The notes below the pieces were generated by a model that saw nothing but the letters and a program-made list of their open reading frames with translations, had not been told where the DNA came from and searched no databases. The position numbers and the translations under genes are program-made. Shown here piece after piece: positions 28,004 to 32,000 of a stretch of DNA of 32,000 nt; the stretch's first letter is position 1, and each line of letters starts with the position of its first letter. This stretch comes from Candidatus Thorarchaeota archaeon. Its GTDB lineage: Archaea; Asgardarchaeota; Heimdallarchaeia; Hodarchaeales; Hodarchaeaceae. The stretch is from the NCBI GenBank assembly GCA_048882505.1, contig JBHLRO010000005.1:150001-182000 (forward strand), read 5' to 3'.

Positions 28004-28208
28004 TATGATGGTCGCTTTTATCTGAAAGTCGTAACGATTGTAGAATGAATATATCGTCAGAGTAGATCACATTAGTACGTTCTAAGTTATATTAAATATC
28101 GAATACGAAAGAAAATCAGTTGTTGCGATAATTATTTTAAACATAACTGTTTTTAATATAAACCTCAGCTAAATTTCCAATCTCCGCATTGCCTAAGAGG
28201 ATTGAGGT

Positions 28209-28700
28209 ATGGTATCAAGAGAAAAAGGTAATCCAGATTGGAATAATCAAGATGATGACCTTCGTAAGCACAAGTATTTTCTTAAAGAGTGGTTTTCTGG
28301 CCTTTTAGAAGGAATTAAAGAACTTGATGATGAAACTTGGCCCAGGATTCTAGAACTGACGGGTAGAGCCTGTGCCCGAGTTCACGCTGTTGAACTATTT
28401 CGTGAAACTTGGAAAAACTCGAAAGACCTTGATGAATTTTTGGTTAATATCAACGCTGCGCTGGGCGAAAAAGTTTTCTCCCGAATTGATCAGAATCAAA
28501 TTAGCGCAACCTACAAAAGCTGTTCTTGTCCTCTCGTTACTCTTGAGCTCGTAGATTCACCAATATTGTGTAATTGCTCTCCTAGTTGGTTAATTGAAAA
28601 TTTCGAATCCGTTCTGGACACCCGTATCGATGTTTCAACGGAAGGGACGATTTTACAGGGATCTGATAGGTGTCACTTTATTCTAACTCTGGAATCATAA
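28209..28700 (+). CDS. Cys-containing V4R-fold-like protein
   Basis: 'GRACA', 'CSCP', 'CNCS' and the C-terminal 'G.D.C.F' (GSDRCHF) pattern of V4R-type domains. Confidence 0.65.
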   Translation: MVSREKGNPDWNNQDDDLRKHKYFLKEWFSGLLEGIKELDDETWPRILELTGRACARVHAVELFRETWKNSKDLDEFLVNINAALGEKVFSRIDQNQISATYKSCSCPLVTLELVDSPILCNCSPSWLIENFESVLDTRIDVSTEGTILQGSDRCHFILTLES

Positions 28701-28835
28701 TCTCGATAATATTATCCCTCTCACTGATTTTGGAAATCCCATCCATTTCGGGTATAATCTTGATCTAATTTATGAACTGTTTATCCATTGCCATCATTCA
28801 TATCAAGATGATCTGTTTTTTTCGCTAGCGAAGGG

Positions 28836-28843
28836 TTTAAATA
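28836..28843 (+). promoter_or_regulatory. Putative TATA box (TTTAAATA) upstream of the small ORF at 28892
   Basis: Matches the archaeal TATA consensus, with purine-rich CGAAGGG (BRE-like) directly upstream. Confidence 0.35.
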
Positions 28844-28891
28844 GGTGATTTTCTCAGCATTACACGGAAGAAGGTGCAAATAAGGAAAAAT

Positions 28892-28981
28892 ATGCATAAG
28901 TTTGTGGACATCCTGTTTACTTATGGAACCGGGCTAATTTTCTTTGGGGGATTAGTCTTCTTGCTTATGCTATTTGGTTAG
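28892..28981 (+). CDS. Putative small single-TM protein (29 aa; 35 aa from GTG 28874), not in ORF track
   Basis: Reads MHKFVDILFTYGTGLIFFGGLVFLLMLFG*. AAGGA and a TATA box lie upstream, in an otherwise empty 400-bp gap. Confidence 0.45.
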   Translation: MHKFVDILFTYGTGLIFFGGLVFLLMLFG

Positions 28982-29103
28982 CAAAATCGGTCTTAAAAAC
29001 CCTCTTACCCCTAGACCTAATGGAAAATGCTAGGGATGGCAGAAATTGTTATTGAAAGAGGTACAGGATTAGTAGCAGGCGATTGAGAAAAATTCATGCT
29101 GCC

Positions 29104-29898
29104 CTACAAGATAAGACTACGGATTTCATTTACTTGTTTTCCTACACGCTGAACAGTGGTTTCTGGAGGGATATCTGGGTTCGCATCTACCAAAAGAAGT
29201 AATCCCTCGCCTAGGATGTAAACTACGATATTTGCTACCCCTGATGCCGCTAGAAAGAAAACGGGTTTCTCCAGATGCGCCGCAAATGCACCTCTAATTG
29301 CACGTACTGCAGCAGGCAATATATTGACATCCATACGATTCACTATGACTGCGCCTGTAAATGAAGAGATGCATACTCCACGAACTGCGTCATCGGTCTC
29401 AACCCATGACAAGAGGTTGTCATCAACAGTTCGTTTCAGTGACTCACTCATGTACCTAGATTCTCCTGTTACTACGGTTTGAATGGTCGCATCAAAATCA
29501 TCTTTTTCAACAATGGAAAGTCGTGGGCTCTTAAGAGCGAGTTTATCGGCGAAGTTCCCTAAAAACAGTGTCATCAGGGTTCTTAGTTTGAATTCGATGT
29601 CAAGTAAAGATGCGGAAGCTGAAGCAATCAGGGAAAACAAAGCTTCTTCGCGTTGGATTCCGGCGATCCGCATTGAAGCGAAATCTATATGGAAAATCTG
29701 CCCAGCCGTAATAGCTTCTTCATCTAGCTTCTGGGAAATATTATACGCAGAGAGAAGAAGAGAACGAATATCTTCTGGAGGAAGCCCGTGGACATCTTTT
29801 CTAAAATCTTTCGAGAGTAGGAGCTTACCCTTCTGAGTAAAAACAAGGAAAGAGATGAATGTCTCCAACTCATCGAATGAAACCATTAACTCAGTCAC
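29104..29898 (-). CDS. Longin + roadblock/LAMTOR-like two-domain protein
   Basis: N-terminal longin pattern ('FLVFTQKGKLLLSKDF', 'IRSLLLSAYNISQKL', 'IEFKLRTLMTLF') and C-terminal roadblock pattern ('VRGVCISSFTGAVIV', 'IVVYILGEGLLLLVDAN', terminal helix). Start overlaps the GTPase stop by 8 nt. Folds assigned by eye. Confidence 0.72.
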   Translation of the reverse strand: MTELMVSFDELETFISFLVFTQKGKLLLSKDFRKDVHGLPPEDIRSLLLSAYNISQKLDEEAITAGQIFHIDFASMRIAGIQREEALFSLIASASASLLDIEFKLRTLMTLFLGNFADKLALKSPRLSIVEKDDFDATIQTVVTGESRYMSESLKRTVDDNLLSWVETDDAVRGVCISSFTGAVIVNRMDVNILPAAVRAIRGAFAAHLEKPVFFLAASGVANIVVYILGEGLLLLVDANPDIPPETTVQRVGKQVNEIRSLIL

Positions 29899-30442
29899 CT
29901 CTTAGAATAGCTTCCCCCATTACTGTGAAGGCCTCCTGAACCTTGGCTCCAGTTTTCGCGGATGTTGTGAAAAATTCTTGGGCCTGAAAGTGTTTAATTA
30001 TCTCTTCCCGGCTCGAGGGTAGTTTTCCTTTTGCTAAATCCTCTTTATTGCCTATTACTATGATTTTTGCCGAGGGGCTTTGCTCCTGAACATCTTTACG
30101 CCAGCGTTCTAATTTTTTGTAAGTTTCGTCAATGCGCGTGAGATCAAATACCAAAAACACACCTTGGGCCTTCTTCAGGTAGAGATGTCGGAAGTTTGTA
30201 AATCCTGACTGGCCAGCAACATCCCAAATCTGAAAGGATAGTTCTCGATCCTCGCCAGTCTTCGGATCCTGAAGAATCACGGTCTTCGAGAGGAAATCAA
30301 CTCCCAAAGTGATTTGGTAACCTTCTTTGAAGAAATCATCAACGTACCTCTTTATTAAACTTGTTTTTCCAACTTCGGGCTCCCCTACCAAAAGCAATTT
30401 AAAACTATATTTTGGGGTTTTACCTTTCTTACTCTTGACCAA
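29891..30442 (-). CDS. Rab-like small GTPase (Ras superfamily)
   Basis: G1 GEPEVGKT, G2 TLGVDF (RabF1-like), G3 WDVAGQ, G4 NKED, G5 TSAK. TTG start with AGGAG upstream. No C-terminal Cys. Confidence 0.95.
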   Translation of the reverse strand: MVKSKKGKTPKYSFKLLLVGEPEVGKTSLIKRYVDDFFKEGYQITLGVDFLSKTVILQDPKTGEDRELSFQIWDVAGQSGFTNFRHLYLKKAQGVFLVFDLTRIDETYKKLERWRKDVQEQSPSAKIIVIGNKEDLAKGKLPSSREEIIKHFQAQEFFTTSAKTGAKVQEAFTVMGEAILRGD

Positions 30443-30822
30443 CTTAGCTACTCCTGTATGATCTCTACGTTTAAATAGAATGATGTTCAGACAATGTCCA
30501 GCGATTGAGGACGCGTTTATGACGCTAAACTCTTGCGGAGTCTTAACTACCTTCGTGATAAACGGTTTTTAAGTTTTACTACGTAATTTACCAAGTCGCA
30601 GCATTGAAGGTTTCGTACTCATCTTTGGGATTGATTCCGGATCGATTGATTAATTCCTTAAATGGAATTGGAGTATAATACCCTCCAATTTTGCAAATCA
30701 GTAAATCCCATTATATAAGACTGATATTTGCGGAAAATTGTATTCAAAAATGCTTAAATAGGTTCCAGAGGACAGAAAATATCATTAGACATGTTTAATC
30801 TTTGTTTTGGTGAATGTGGTAA

Positions 30823-32000
30823 ATGACTAAATGGGAGTTTTCATTCAAACTTGAGGCGGATGATCGTTCAGCAGCAAAAAAATTCCAGATTATGGTTAGT
30901 TCCATTGTGGAACCCGCGGTCCATATCCCTAATTTCCCTAAGGATAAATTATTACGAGCATTGAATGTTCACAGCACCAAGAATGAATATGAATTGTATA
31001 AAGGGATAATTTCAGATCTCAAAATCAAAAAAACCAATGCTTTGGATTCCTCAAAGGAAATCCACGTCCTAATGTTAGTTTTGGAGAAAATTGGGCCGAT
31101 TACATTGGTTTTTAGTAATAAGTTTGAATATTTGGTGCTCGAAGGTATTGATTCTGCCTATGAGTACATCGGTCATGCCGCATTATTGAACATCCTTATT
31201 CAAATAATCAATCCACAGTCCCAAACAGTTAGTGGGCTAGGTAAGATCAAGACAATTTACCACGCTTCAAACTTGAACGCCTTAAAAAGATCCTTAGATT
31301 ATGTTCCTCTACTAGATACTCCAGAGGGGCAGATCCTTCTGTTGGGAATTTCCTTTCTAGTTCCTCTGGTCACCATAATCGTCCTCCCTGGACCGATTCT
31401 AGAGTCCACCACATTCTACCTTTTAATTTTGGGAGTCCTAGGGATCTTGTTTTGCCTGTTCCCCTTCTTTAAAAGATCTAGCCGATACCTATCTGTTTCA
31501 CTTATATCCACAATTGTCCTATACATTTTTGTTGAAGTTATCATATCTTTCCATTTCCTGGTTGAAGGTAGAAACCCCTGGGGGATATTTAACAGCATCG
31601 CTCGATTGGACCTAATTGGAAATCTAAAAAGGCAAACATTAATCCAATCAGCCGGCCAGGGTGTGTTTTTAGGCCTTGAAATTCTTCAGATAGTTATTCC
31701 ATTCTTGGACTTGGTGTTTTTGGCGATAATACCACTCACAATCGGTCTATTTCTTACGCTATCAGTTCAAAAAACCGAAAACACCAGGCGATTAGTTAAA
31801 GCAGGAAGGATCTTTGCGGTTTTATTCTTCATTGTCTCATTGTTGACTCTACCTATAGTCTATCATGCGCTAGGGAAAGGAACAGAAGGAACCATCTATG
31901 CAAGTATTGGACTTGTCGAAACCGCAGAGATGTTTTCTCCGAGATTCGTAAAAAATCTTGAATCAAATCTGGCTGAACTTCAGGAACTGATTGATTCTGC
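30823..32000 (+). CDS. Hypothetical membrane protein, 3'-truncated at window edge (not in ORF track)
   Basis: Manual translation from ATG 30823 (MTKWEFSFKLEADD...) is open for 392 codons to the window end. About 165 soluble N-terminal residues are followed by 5-6 hydrophobic segments. Confidence 0.8.
   Translation, partial: MTKWEFSFKLEADDRSAAKKFQIMVSSIVEPAVHIPNFPKDKLLRALNVHSTKNEYELYKGIISDLKIKKTNALDSSKEIHVLMLVLEKIGPITLVFSNKFEYLVLEGIDSAYEYIGHAALLNILIQIINPQSQTVSGLGKIKTIYHASNLNALKRSLDYVPLLDTPEGQILLLGISFLVPLVTIIVLPGPILESTTFYLLILGVLGILFCLFPFFKRSSRYLSVSLISTIVLYIFVEVIISFHFLVEGRNPWGIFNSIARLDLIGNLKRQTLIQSAGQGVFLGLEILQIVIPFLDLVFLAIIPLTIGLFLTLSVQKTENTRRLVKAGRIFAVLFFIVSLLTLPIVYHALGKGTEGTIYASIGLVETAEMFSPRFVKNLESNLAELQELIDS

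Noticed and set aside
28067-28072. Selenocysteine readthrough of the ATG-TGA upstream of the EamA gene
   Set aside because: Sec at residue 2 of a transporter has no catalytic rationale, and I found no SECIS-like element.
805-31598. The many 60-150-aa ORFs in the track that lie antisense or out of frame inside longer genes (e.g. 805-1038, 3130-3324, 5809-6081, 7250-7570, 9577-10005, 19978-20433, 26359-26682, 29483-29836, 31416-31598)
   Set aside because: They fully overlap well-supported genes and show no motifs, which is typical of shadow ORFs.
1-32000. tRNA, rRNA, SRP or RNase P RNA, CRISPR arrays, IS elements, integrases
   Set aside because: Intergenic gaps are AT-rich and lack T-loop or cloverleaf motifs, regularly spaced repeats and terminal inverted repeats. 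No ORF has transposase or recombinase motifs.

Overview
Archaeal chromosomal DNA (about 40% GC by eye), most likely an Asgard archaeon and probably Heimdallarchaeia. This is inferred from two Rab-like small GTPases, longin and roadblock domains, a PGF-type C-terminal sorting signal and an A-type ATP synthase. In order, the window holds: the 3' part of a FtsX/MacB-type ABC permease; an orphan helical protein; a 1308-aa TPR/alpha-SNAP-like solenoid; a small Pro-rich protein; an NMP/dephospho-CoA-kinase-like P-loop kinase; a complete but sequence-divergent A/V-type ATPase operon (H-I-K-E-C-F-A-B-D, 8396-16934); a minus-strand block (ABC ATPase, FtsX-type permease, PGF-CTERM surface glycoprotein, coiled-coil membrane protein); a polytopic membrane protein; and a roughly 6-kb cluster with two Rab-like GTPases, NnrE, a single longin protein, an EamA transporter, a V4R-fold protein, a small single-TM ORF and a longin-roadblock fusion. 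A membrane-protein ORF missing from the supplied track runs off the right edge. I found no rRNA, tRNA, CRISPR array, transposase or intein. The best candidates for undescribed biology are the GTPase/longin/roadblock/V4R cluster (a possible TRAPP- or Rag-like regulatory module) and the Pro-rich protein with a WASP/VASP-like tail. Both are hypotheses from manual motif reading, not database results.
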